Of a DNA stretch of 64,000 nucleotides, positions 1-7,101 are shown piece by piece. Both the position numbers and the translations under genes were made by a program. The notes under the pieces were generated by a model. That model worked only from the letters and a program-made list of their open reading frames with translations. It was not told the DNA's origin and did not search any database. Each line of letters opens with the position of its first letter. The stretch's first letter is position 1. The stretch lies in the sequence record MT679221.1. One strand, 5' to 3'.

Positions 1-93
1 ATAATACCTTTAGGTATTATATTTAATTATTATAATTATTTATATAAATAAATATATTAATATATTAAGATCTTAAAACGCGTGCGCACGCGT
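1..93. repeat. Chain of abutting palindromes, AT-rich then GC-rich (candidate origin or packaging element)
   Basis: ATAATACCT-tt-AGGTATTAT 1-20; TAATTAT-t-ATAATTA 24-38; TATTTATATAAATA 37-50; AATATATTAATATATT 51-66; TTAAGATCTTAA 65-76; ACGCGTGCGCACGCGT 78-93. The palindromes are read directly; the function is inferred. Confidence 0.85.
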
Positions 94-158
94 GCGTGAT
101 CCTTATTAAGAGATCGTGATCGGACGGAAGTCCGAGATTGGGTACCCTGTGTATTTTT

Positions 159-180
159 TACGTGGTTTCCCTATCGTGTG
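159..180 (+). promoter_or_regulatory. Putative nvRNAP (middle-type) promoter TAC-N15-TGTG
   Basis: Matches the YAC-N15-TRTR motif recurring in this window; resembles the phiKZ middle motif AAanntTAC plus the start-site TATG. Confidence 0.55.
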
Positions 181-388
181 TTCAGACCACCACTCGATGT
201 CAAAAACCCATAGCTTCGGTGGTCACCTCCCTGGTCGGTAGACTCTGACAAGTCGACCCACAACACCAACCCGTCCGGGGACGGATTTTTATTCCAACGA
301 CAAGCTCCACGAAAATCCCCGCAGAGGGACTCACTGCTGTGTGACTCACCGGCTCCTGGACGCCTACGCCTCGAGCCGGTAATTTTTT
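180..388 (+). ncRNA. Candidate small non-coding RNA
   Basis: No ORF. Promoter motif upstream. Hairpin CCGTC-CGGG-GACGG plus T tract at 271-290, and ACCGGCTC/GAGCCGGT plus T tract at 348-388. Confidence 0.35.
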
Positions 389-391
389 GAT

Positions 392-413
392 TACGTGAGT
401 TTGTTGTTATATG
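392..413 (+). promoter_or_regulatory. Putative nvRNAP promoter TAC-N15-TATG
   Basis: Exact motif spacing: TAC 392-394, TATG 410-413. Confidence 0.6.
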
Positions 414-990
414 CGAATAGCGATTGACCGCGCCAATGGTCCAATCACTTTTAAACCCTGCACGCTAGGGCTCCAAGTCCTGGGATTGTTACCCAGGACG
501 CTTTTTCGAAAATACCTACCGTGGTGTCTTCGACAAAGCGCAATCTAACACTGCGTGATTTATTATGTTCTGGAAAACTTTCGCCGTGGAACAGAACCGG
601 TGAGCGTCGGCGGGGATTCCGACAATCACCACCCATTCAGGTACTCGGTAAATAACCGACCTGCCGACGGTGCTACGTCGGGCGTAGTTCGGTTTGCGAG
701 AGTGTCGAGAAAGTCGACTGCGCACCCATGACAAAATCCGAGTTGACCGTGGCAGCGCCAGAGGACTGGGCAGCGGAGAGACGTCGTTGAACTTACCTCC
801 GATAGTTATCGCTGATTCCGCTCTGGCGTCGGGCCAAAACTGATTCGAATTCGGCGTTGCGTCGAAAAGGGGTCTGCGTGTAGAACCGCAGACTTGGGGG
901 ATAACTCCAAAGTGGGGTGATCGGATCTTGACGGCTCGGAACAGACGAGAGGGGTGGGTACTCCCGTTGAGAAACGACGGTACCTGGCTG
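413..990 (+). ncRNA. Candidate ~580-nt structured non-coding RNA
   Basis: Lies between two promoter motifs with no credible + strand ORF. Serial hairpins at 477-499, 567-597, 606-623, 850-866 and 872-893. Confidence 0.45.
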
Positions 991-999
991 ATTAAAATT

Positions 1000-1021
1000 T
1001 ACAGATTCTGCGTGAGGTATG
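1000..1021 (+). promoter_or_regulatory. Putative nvRNAP middle promoter (AAAATTTAC-N15-TATG)
   Basis: Full match to the phiKZ-type AAanntTAC with TATG 15 nt downstream; GGAG RBS of the next gene follows. Confidence 0.7.
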
Positions 1022-1045
1022 ATAAACCAAACGGAGAATTAAACC

Positions 1046-1621
1046 ATGAACTTGTATCGCATCGGGTTCTACCGAAACGAGATGCCTGAATCGGTTTTGG
1101 TTGTCTTAGCCGAAAACGAGGAGCAGGCCAAATCCTTCTGGCCGGTTAGCGCAGAGCGTCCAGCGATTGCGTGCTGCTACGACGGCGCTGTGTCTACCCC
1201 GATGGTTACGCCTGGGGTGGTTCTGAAGCAAGGCCGTTGGGATGATTATTCCCATCCCGGTTTGGAATTTGTTTCCGAATCCGCCAGACACACCTGGAAT
1301 CTTACCACGGGTAAAACCAGAGTGTACTTCGGCCACCAAGCCAAGCAACCGTCGCTCATCAAGCTGTACCTGGTTTACAGCGACGTCGCTACCGAAGACT
1401 ATGTCGACGCCGGAATCATCGTCGGGGCAACAACCCCCGAGGCGGCATTCGCACATTGGGACGGTGATAAACCCGGAATCGTTTCGGTCTGTGAGCTGCC
1501 ACTTGAAGCCGGTTTGGTTACGAACATCAAGTGTGAGCAAGGCCAGGAGCTGACTTGGATGCGCCAGGATTACCTGACGGAAACGACATTCGAGTACACA
1601 CCGAGGAAGGTGACCCAATGA
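1046..1621 (+). CDS. Hypothetical protein with two copies of a short phage domain
   Basis: 191 aa ORF with GGAG RBS. MNLYRIG..VVLAENEEQA and KLYLVY..IIVGATTPEAA resemble each other and the 2343-2585 protein. Confidence 0.8.
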   Translation: MNLYRIGFYRNEMPESVLVVLAENEEQAKSFWPVSAERPAIACCYDGAVSTPMVTPGVVLKQGRWDDYSHPGLEFVSESARHTWNLTTGKTRVYFGHQAKQPSLIKLYLVYSDVATEDYVDAGIIVGATTPEAAFAHWDGDKPGIVSVCELPLEAGLVTNIKCEQGQELTWMRQDYLTETTFEYTPRKVTQ

Positions 1622-2109
1622 CGACGATAGCGTTCGATGGAAAAGTCTTGGCTGCTGACGGCCAGCTGACCCGCGGGTCGAATATCTGCAACCTGAATAC
1701 CCAGAAGTTATTCATCTGCCCTTCTGACGAGGAGTGGTGGATTACTGGTGAACGGATTGTGGCGTTCGGAGTAAGCGGTGACATCACAGGACAGTTGGCC
1801 CTGCTGGAAACGGTCCGCTTGAGACCCGGCTACAAGGGATTAACACAAAGCTCGCAGTTACCTGCGAAGATGGATTTTACTTTCCTGATGCTTCTGGCCT
1901 CAGGGAAAGCGATAGTCGGTGGGAAGCGTGAAGACGACGTGTCGTTGTGGTGGAGTGAAGCCACACCACCTCTGGCAACCGGAAGTGGTTACGAGTATGC
2001 GTTGGGTGCGATGAAGATGGGCGCGAATGCGGTTCGTGCTGTTGAGATTGCGTCCGAATGCGATATCTACACCGGTGGTGAGATTAGCACTTACGAACTA
2101 CGGAGGTGA
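1618..2109 (+). CDS. HslV/proteasome-beta-like Ntn-hydrolase (threonine peptidase fold)
   Basis: Start reassigned to ATG 1618 (GAGGAAGG RBS, ATGA overlap). MTTIA..LAADG, a Lys about 30 residues in, ATGSG and DIYTGG match HslV catalytic motifs. Confidence 0.75.
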   Translation: MTTIAFDGKVLAADGQLTRGSNICNLNTQKLFICPSDEEWWITGERIVAFGVSGDITGQLALLETVRLRPGYKGLTQSSQLPAKMDFTFLMLLASGKAIVGGKREDDVSLWWSEATPPLATGSGYEYALGAMKMGANAVRAVEIASECDIYTGGEISTYELRR

Positions 2110-2112
2110 ATC

Positions 2113-2163
2113 ATGCGGGAGTCAGAAGCACGCAAGCTTGACCCCATCAATCGCCTGCGATAA
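2113..2163 (+). CDS. Possible 16-aa peptide MRESEARKLDPINRLR
   Basis: GGAGGT SD 5 nt before the ATG; too short for the ORF track. Confidence 0.3.
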   Translation: MRESEARKLDPINRLR

Positions 2164-2202
2164 CGGGGTAGCGCATCCGTATAAACACGTTTAAAGAATT
2201 CT

Positions 2203-2278
2203 GGGGGTATGGCGCAATTGGTAGCGCACCGGTCTCCAAAACCGAAGGTTCGAGGTTCGAAACCTCGTGCCCCCGCCA
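2203..2278 (+). tRNA. trnW: tRNA-Trp (CCA)
   Basis: 76-nt cloverleaf: GGGGGTA/TGCCCCC acceptor stem, CTCCAAA anticodon loop, TTCGAAA T loop, encoded CCA end. Confidence 0.95.
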
Positions 2279-2342
2279 CATTTAGCCAACGAATTCAGGT
2301 TCAACACAGAAGACACAGATTTGTCAACTGTTGGAGAACAAC

Positions 2343-2585
2343 ATGAATTTGTACTTGCTAGAACGAACTGACGATATCGGGTATGATGAATTTGATTCCA
2401 TAATCGTGGCGGCTCCTACGGAGCAAGCCGCGTGTGCAATTCCTCCCGACCGTGGTTATTGGATGGACTGCCGCTGGTTACCGAAAGAGCGCTGGGATGA
2501 AGGGCTTACCCTGACCGTTACTCTTATCGGCACTACGCACTATCCTGCTGGGACCGTCGTTCATGAATCGTTCAATGCTGGCTAA
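2343..2585 (+). CDS. Small hypothetical protein
   Basis: ATG 2343 with GGAGA RBS; MNLYLLERTDDIGYDEFDSIIVAAPTEQAA. Confidence 0.8.
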   Translation: MNLYLLERTDDIGYDEFDSIIVAAPTEQAACAIPPDRGYWMDCRWLPKERWDEGLTLTVTLIGTTHYPAGTVVHESFNAG

Positions 2586-2587
2586 AC

Positions 2588-2605
2588 AGTGGGCTTCGGC
2601 CCACT
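2588..2605 (+). terminator. UUCG hairpin after the first operon (no U tract)
   Basis: AGTGGGC-TTCG-GCCCACT. Confidence 0.5.
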
Positions 2606-2631
2606 AACCCTATTCGAGCCATGATACTTAC

Positions 2632-2992
2632 TCAGATTGTGCGGGTTGATGTCCCGCATGAGCCGGTAGCAGCTCAGACCTACGGTAAACCGATAAATCC
2701 GTAGCAGCCAGGTACACAAAGCACCAGGTCGCTTGTACAGGATGCTGGGTATCTGACCGGTCATAACCTCATTCGATACGAGACACGTTTATGCATGAAA
2801 TACTCCAGTACATCAGGATGTTGATTTCCAACGTCCGGTTCTGGGTATTCGGTCATGTTTGGTTTACAGGCGATGGGTTTTCCCGTAAGGGCCCCACTTA
2901 CAGACTGGCGTCTCCACGACAACCGTCCCTAGGGGACAGGCAAGCACCGGCCCATTAAGCCGCCATGCTACGCCTGTAAATCCACAATCTGA
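2632..2992 (+). ncRNA. Candidate multi-domain structured ncRNA (domain A)
   Basis: Closing helix TCAGATTGTG 2632-2641 / CACAATCTGA 2983-2992. Inner helix 2863-2872 / 2971-2980. Hairpins at 2680-2704, 2816-2836, 2882-2891 (GTAA loop) and 2925-2937. No ORF. Confidence 0.6.
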
Positions 2993-3250
2993 TAACCGAA
3001 TGGGATTGAGTTCCCAGTGTTAGGGTGACTGTGTGTCACCGTAGGCGCGGTACCTCATACGGCCGGTACGCCACGAATGTACGTGATAGCGGGTGGTGCT
3101 TGGAGACGCTAAGACCTGACCTTACGGCCAGGCTCAGAAGAAGAAGTCCATCGCCTGCATTCAGAAATGAATTTAGGTTAATTATCGGAAGCGGCGAAAT
3201 CGCTTACGTGATAACTTAGTAGTATGCAACGAACAATACCAGAGTGACTT

Positions 3251-3272
3251 TACGAGGTTACTGTGGTATATG
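3251..3272 (+). promoter_or_regulatory. Putative nvRNAP promoter TAC-N15-TATG inside the non-coding island
   Basis: TAC 3251-3253, TATG 3269-3272. Confidence 0.55.
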
Positions 3273-3620
3273 TCGGTGCGCCGGGCAACGTGTTGCCGCA
3301 GATAGGCCCGAGGGAGCTGAGTGCACTAACACACGCCGGGATGCACCGGCACCTTACAATGGGAGCGCTGTCACCATCAGTGATGACAGGAGTGAAGGAT
3401 TCGTACCTCACTCGACTGGGCGGAAGCCTGGGCGTTCCCCCATCTTCACATCATGGCCGGCTTGCCGGTTCAACGTAGACGTCTCGTAAGAGATTTCCAG
3501 TCAGGCAACTGATAACGCACCTAAGCGTCGACCTTGGACGTATGGTGTCTGGTTAAGTCCCCCGAAACGGAAACCAGTAGGGGTGTGGTACGTTGAGTGT
3601 AACTATCATGATGCCATGAA
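3272..3620 (+). ncRNA. Candidate structured ncRNA (domain B)
   Basis: Nested helices 3449-3455/3607-3613 and 3470-3477/3589-3596. GNRA-capped hairpins at 3419-3428 and 3481-3494. Further stems at 3284-3297, 3335-3350, 3390-3413 and 3549-3577. Confidence 0.55.
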
Positions 3621-3624
3621 CAAT

Positions 3625-3694
3625 GGCTTTGTAGCTCAGGTAGGTAGAGCAGCCTCATCGAGGAAGGTCGCCGGTTCGAGACCGGTCAAAGCAA
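3625..3694 (+). ncRNA. tRNA-like element with collapsed anticodon loop
   Basis: Acceptor GCTTTG/CAAAGC, D arm GCTC-AGGTAGGTA-GAGC, T arm GCCGG-TTCGAGA-CCGGT, variable loop AGGTC. Anticodon arm is CCTC-ATC-GAGG (3-nt loop). No CCA. Confidence 0.75.
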
Positions 3695-3770
3695 GAGCAG
3701 CGAAGTTAGAGGAATTAACACCCGACTCATAATCGGATATTTCGACGGTTCGAATCCGTCCGTTTGCTCG
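3695..3770 (+). tRNA. Atypical tRNA with CAT anticodon (elongator Met or Ile2; possibly pseudo-tRNA)
   Basis: CCGA-CTCATAA-TCGG anticodon arm, GACGG-TTCGAAT-CCGTC T arm, GTTA/TAAC D stem. Acceptor stem is 8 bp with a bulge; A in place of U8; no encoded CCA. Confidence 0.65.
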
Positions 3771-4149
3771 CCCTATTTGTGTTATCCTTATCCCGAAGGC
3801 ATTCGAAATAAGACGCGTATCCACACACGGGTCAAGGGTAACACGAACCACTTCCGCGGTCACCGTGTCCATTGCCGCCTACCTGCATGGGCTGTCCTCC
3901 GACACGGTGACTTCGGGCCAACTTACAGGCCAGGGCCGTTTGGGTTTTTCTTACGCATCCATCCAGAGCCACCTCGCGCCCTAGTCTGTATACCCCTTTT
4001 CTGTTCCTGGTTTGCCAACTAAATCAATTAAGCCTGGTGCGTTGCCCTGGGAACAGAAAAACTTATTCGGTTACACACCGAACCCACCCACGAGGGATAT
4101 GTCGTGGACTACCAATAGAAGCAGCAATAGTAGTAAGAAGGAAAGCAAC

Positions 4150-4971
4150 ATGTTTACAGTTAAACGTGTGATTGACGGTGACCGTATTATTACCGAACAT
4201 GAAAAAGTTCGTATCGGTGACCGTAAGTCTCGTGTATTCCGCGAGGCATTAAAAATGCTCGAGAACGAGCGCTTCGACATCGTTGTCGGTGATGAAAAAT
4301 TAGCCCTTAATCCGGGGTTAAAACGCGTTGCCCCTGATGTACCTGATCCGAACACCATGCATTTGTCTGATTATTGTAGCTGGCAGCAGCGCCTGTCTAC
4401 AAGTCAGCTTTATGCTCACGTATATCTAAGGCAGCTTTTCCCCAACCTTATTATCCCCGATTTGGAAACGGTCGAGGTGTTTAACTGCAACGCACGCGAG
4501 TTTGTTAGCTACGTGCTAGATAATAAGGGCAACGCTATCTTGGTACTGGCGACAAATTTATGTGAACCGGAAGCCATGGATAGTATCTGCGGCGAACTTG
4601 TTGGTTTCGGTACGCCCTTAGAAAAATTAGGTTGGTACAAGCCGTCTCCTGATAGCGACATGGCGATTATTGTCTACACTCAGGAAGAACTGCAACAAGT
4701 CGAATTAGAGCCTGGTCCATCTATCGAGTTCACTGATGTCCAGGAGCAATCGCAGTGGGTTAACGGTGAGTGCGTTGTTACTGTTTTAAAAGGCGCTCGC
4801 CCTGGCGACCGGTCAGTCGATGAACTGATTGGCGCAATGTGCATCGAAGAAGAATCTGGGTACGATCCTGATAACCAGATCAGTGCCGGTGCGTTGTACG
4901 AACTGTTTTATAAAGGCGACGAAGTCTACGTGGTTAACTCTCACGGTAAGACTACCGACGTCCTTCGCTGA
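4150..4971 (+). CDS. Hypothetical protein
   Basis: Start reassigned to ATG 4150 (AGAAGGAAAG RBS; MFTVKRVIDG..); 273 aa. Confidence 0.8.
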   Translation: MFTVKRVIDGDRIITEHEKVRIGDRKSRVFREALKMLENERFDIVVGDEKLALNPGLKRVAPDVPDPNTMHLSDYCSWQQRLSTSQLYAHVYLRQLFPNLIIPDLETVEVFNCNAREFVSYVLDNKGNAILVLATNLCEPEAMDSICGELVGFGTPLEKLGWYKPSPDSDMAIIVYTQEELQQVELEPGPSIEFTDVQEQSQWVNGECVVTVLKGARPGDRSVDELIGAMCIEEESGYDPDNQISAGALYELFYKGDEVYVVNSHGKTTDVLR

Positions 4972-5061
4972 ATTAGCTAACGCCCAGTAGCTATGTTCCT
5001 GACGATTAGCCCTCGTCTGACCTTGTAAGACCTTGTAGATTTACATGCCAACACCAGGGAA

Positions 5062-5103
5062 GTCCTCACTCTTCGGAGTGAGGACAACTCTTTTATTTTT
5101 TTT
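5062..5103 (+). terminator. Intrinsic terminator
   Basis: GTCCTCACTC-TTCG-GAGTGAGGAC followed by a T tract. Confidence 0.85.
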
Positions 5104-5120
5104 GTATTCCAAATATTTGC

Positions 5121-5140
5121 AGATAGATATTACCTAAGTG
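5121..5140 (+). promoter_or_regulatory. Putative early (virion RNAP) promoter
   Basis: AGATAGATATTACCTAAGTG; contains the phiKZ early-motif core TATTAC. Confidence 0.7.
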
Positions 5141-5194
5141 AGATGAGAAAGCCTCATCTGAATTCCCCCAACTCGACTATAAAAGGTAAGCATC

Positions 5195-6142
5195 ATGTAC
5201 AGACCAAGTAATCCTAGCGCTATTGAAGGATTAAACCAGGATGGCTTCAGCCTCGCAGAAGCAACCCGCATTCGACCTTTCTTACCTCGCAGATTCTTCC
5301 CTTTCGGTTCGTTATACAGAACGAACTTTGACGCTTGGGAAGCGATACGTGCTGTAAAAGATGCACTACAGTACAAGAACTTCGAATTCCGATTTGTGTT
5401 CAAATGGGGCAACGGCGAATTGCTCCACTACTTCGGATTCCAACAGAACGAGTTTATTGAGTATACCTCACCTACGTACCACACCAAGTTCCTAAGCATT
5501 GAGTTTGTTCGCCATTTCGGCGATGCACTCTTTACGGAACGGGCTACAGATGAAAACCATGGACGTAGACTGATGTTAACGAACGGTGCATTGCGCATCA
5601 AGATGAATCGTTTACGGGAAGCGTATAACCAGCTCATCAATCCTGAACCGGTAATGTTTCCAACGGTGGCAGATATGAATGTAACACCGCTTCAGCTACC
5701 TGTGGATATAGACAAACCAATTCTGGCAATCAGAGCACTGCAGGCAGGTTATGCAAACTGGTATAAAGGGCACAGTCTCCCGAACACCAGATTGAACATC
5801 GAACCGTATGAGTTGTGTTTATTCTTAACTCTACGCAAGCGGTTTGAGCCGAATAACTTAGACTTGCGTTATTTAGCGACTCCTGATGTTGGAACCTATT
5901 ATCCTGCGAATTGGATGGTTGCGGCAGTCCTACCGGACGGCGAGATGGTCGGTAGCATCGTTTATGGGACTCAACAATTACCTTCTCCGTTAGCACCACC
6001 GAAGGATTCTATATATCCGTACGCTTCCTGGTACGTTGGCAGTAACGGAGCTAGATGGTTGGTACTCCACGTCCCTGAGGAAGTTTATAATTTGTTTCCA
6101 CGTGAGCAATGGCTTAGCGTGTACGATTTTCAGTTTGGTTAG
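5195..6142 (+). CDS. Hypothetical protein
   Basis: 315 aa ORF with AAAGGT RBS, flanked by a promoter motif and a terminator. Confidence 0.85.
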   Translation: MYRPSNPSAIEGLNQDGFSLAEATRIRPFLPRRFFPFGSLYRTNFDAWEAIRAVKDALQYKNFEFRFVFKWGNGELLHYFGFQQNEFIEYTSPTYHTKFLSIEFVRHFGDALFTERATDENHGRRLMLTNGALRIKMNRLREAYNQLINPEPVMFPTVADMNVTPLQLPVDIDKPILAIRALQAGYANWYKGHSLPNTRLNIEPYELCLFLTLRKRFEPNNLDLRYLATPDVGTYYPANWMVAAVLPDGEMVGSIVYGTQQLPSPLAPPKDSIYPYASWYVGSNGARWLVLHVPEEVYNLFPREQWLSVYDFQFG

Positions 6143-6156
6143 TAGTCGATGCTTTT

Positions 6157-6191
6157 GAGGGAACTTCGGTTCCCTCTTTTTTTTCTTTTTT
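6157..6191 (+). terminator. Intrinsic terminator
   Basis: GAGGGAAC-TTCG-GTTCCCTC plus long T tract. Confidence 0.85.
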
Positions 6192-6227
6192 CACGACTGC
6201 CTCAGAATCTTATAGGAGGAAGTTACC

Positions 6228-6644
6228 ATGATTACGCAGTGCTATTACCAGACGCAAGATTTATTTAAAGCATTGGAAGAAAATAAGTTACCCACGACTT
6301 TAAGACCGCAGTGCAGTTATTCAAGAATGCTTGCAAGCGAGGTCTTTCCAGTGCTAATGCAGTTGCCCCAATTCCAGCCGTGGCTCGACTCGCTAGATGT
6401 GGTAGAGGTTGTGGCTATCTACACTGGGCCAGACACACCAACAATAAATACAAGCGAGTGTTTATCCCGTAGCGAATCTGCGGCGTTAAATGAAATGTCG
6501 CAACTAATGCCTTCTCTATTTGATTCGATGTGCGCTGCAGTTATGCAGAAACGACTACCTTATGAGGAAGTATTCGCCATTGTGTTAGACAGCATCCACG
6601 CAATGAATTATAAACACTATAAAACCCTCGGAACCTTACACTGA
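6228..6644 (+). CDS. Hypothetical protein
   Basis: 138 aa; AGGAGG RBS; CAC-N16-TATA motif at 6192-6214. Confidence 0.8.
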   Translation: MITQCYYQTQDLFKALEENKLPTTLRPQCSYSRMLASEVFPVLMQLPQFQPWLDSLDVVEVVAIYTGPDTPTINTSECLSRSESAALNEMSQLMPSLFDSMCAAVMQKRLPYEEVFAIVLDSIHAMNYKHYKTLGTLH

Positions 6645-6711
6645 CTTTTTTACGGCAGGCACCTATCTTGTAGGGAGTCTGTGCTGTAATAGATTCCAAA
6701 GGAGATGCTCG

Positions 6712-7101
6712 ATGAAAAACAAACTGCGTCCGCTGGACGTGATTATGGCGCATCCGGATACCCTCAAGAAAATTAAAGTGGTCAATGAACTTGACCGTGG
6801 TCTCCTGGATACTATTCAATGGGGTTTTACTTTCCACCCCGATGAAGAGAACAACACGCGTCAATTAGATGTTTGCGACGGCGTAGAAATCGATTGGTCT
6901 TCTAACGAAGGCTTCAACGATGTCGTCGATTATGTCAAACAAGCCACCGTTCCACCTGTGTTTCCCGTAGCTGGTTTAGCGGAGCACACAATTTCTCTCC
7001 GCCGACTGGTTAACGCTCAACCGGAGATTGTGCGTGAAGGTGAAGCGTGGACGTCAGGTATTACTCATCATCTTAAGGATGTGCTGGGTGTTGCCGGTTA
7101 A
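6712..7101 (+). CDS. Hypothetical protein
   Basis: 129 aa; AAGGAG RBS; TAC-N15-TGTA motif at 6651-6672. Confidence 0.8.
   Translation: MKNKLRPLDVIMAHPDTLKKIKVVNELDRGLLDTIQWGFTFHPDEENNTRQLDVCDGVEIDWSSNEGFNDVVDYVKQATVPPVFPVAGLAEHTISLRRLVNAQPEIVREGEAWTSGITHHLKDVLGVAG

Noticed and set aside
451-734. Minus-strand ORFs 451-636 and 516-734
   Set aside because: Short, Arg/Ser-rich, no RBS, and opposite to the + strand promoter motifs.
3130-3210. Possible RNase P RNA (GAAGAAGTCC and GAAATCGCTTA)
   Set aside because: The two P4-like halves are only about 50 nt apart and degenerate; RNase P RNA needs roughly 300 nt between them.
2586-3770. Possible tmRNA
   Set aside because: No GGGG..GGATTCGAC 5' end, no alanyl acceptor with G3-U70 and CCA, and no tag ORF was recognised.
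3025-4022. ORFs 3025, 3244, 3263 and 3777 on the + strand
   Set aside because: No RBS, atypical composition, mutually overlapping, and crossing tRNA-like or helical elements; better explained as non-coding.
4012-4149. N-terminal extension of the 319-aa ORF
   Set aside because: TTG start without RBS, running through RNA helices; the SD-supported start is ATG 4150.
5019-5037. GACCTTGTA direct repeat, two copies with a 10-bp period
   Set aside because: Only two copies and not seen elsewhere; could be chance.
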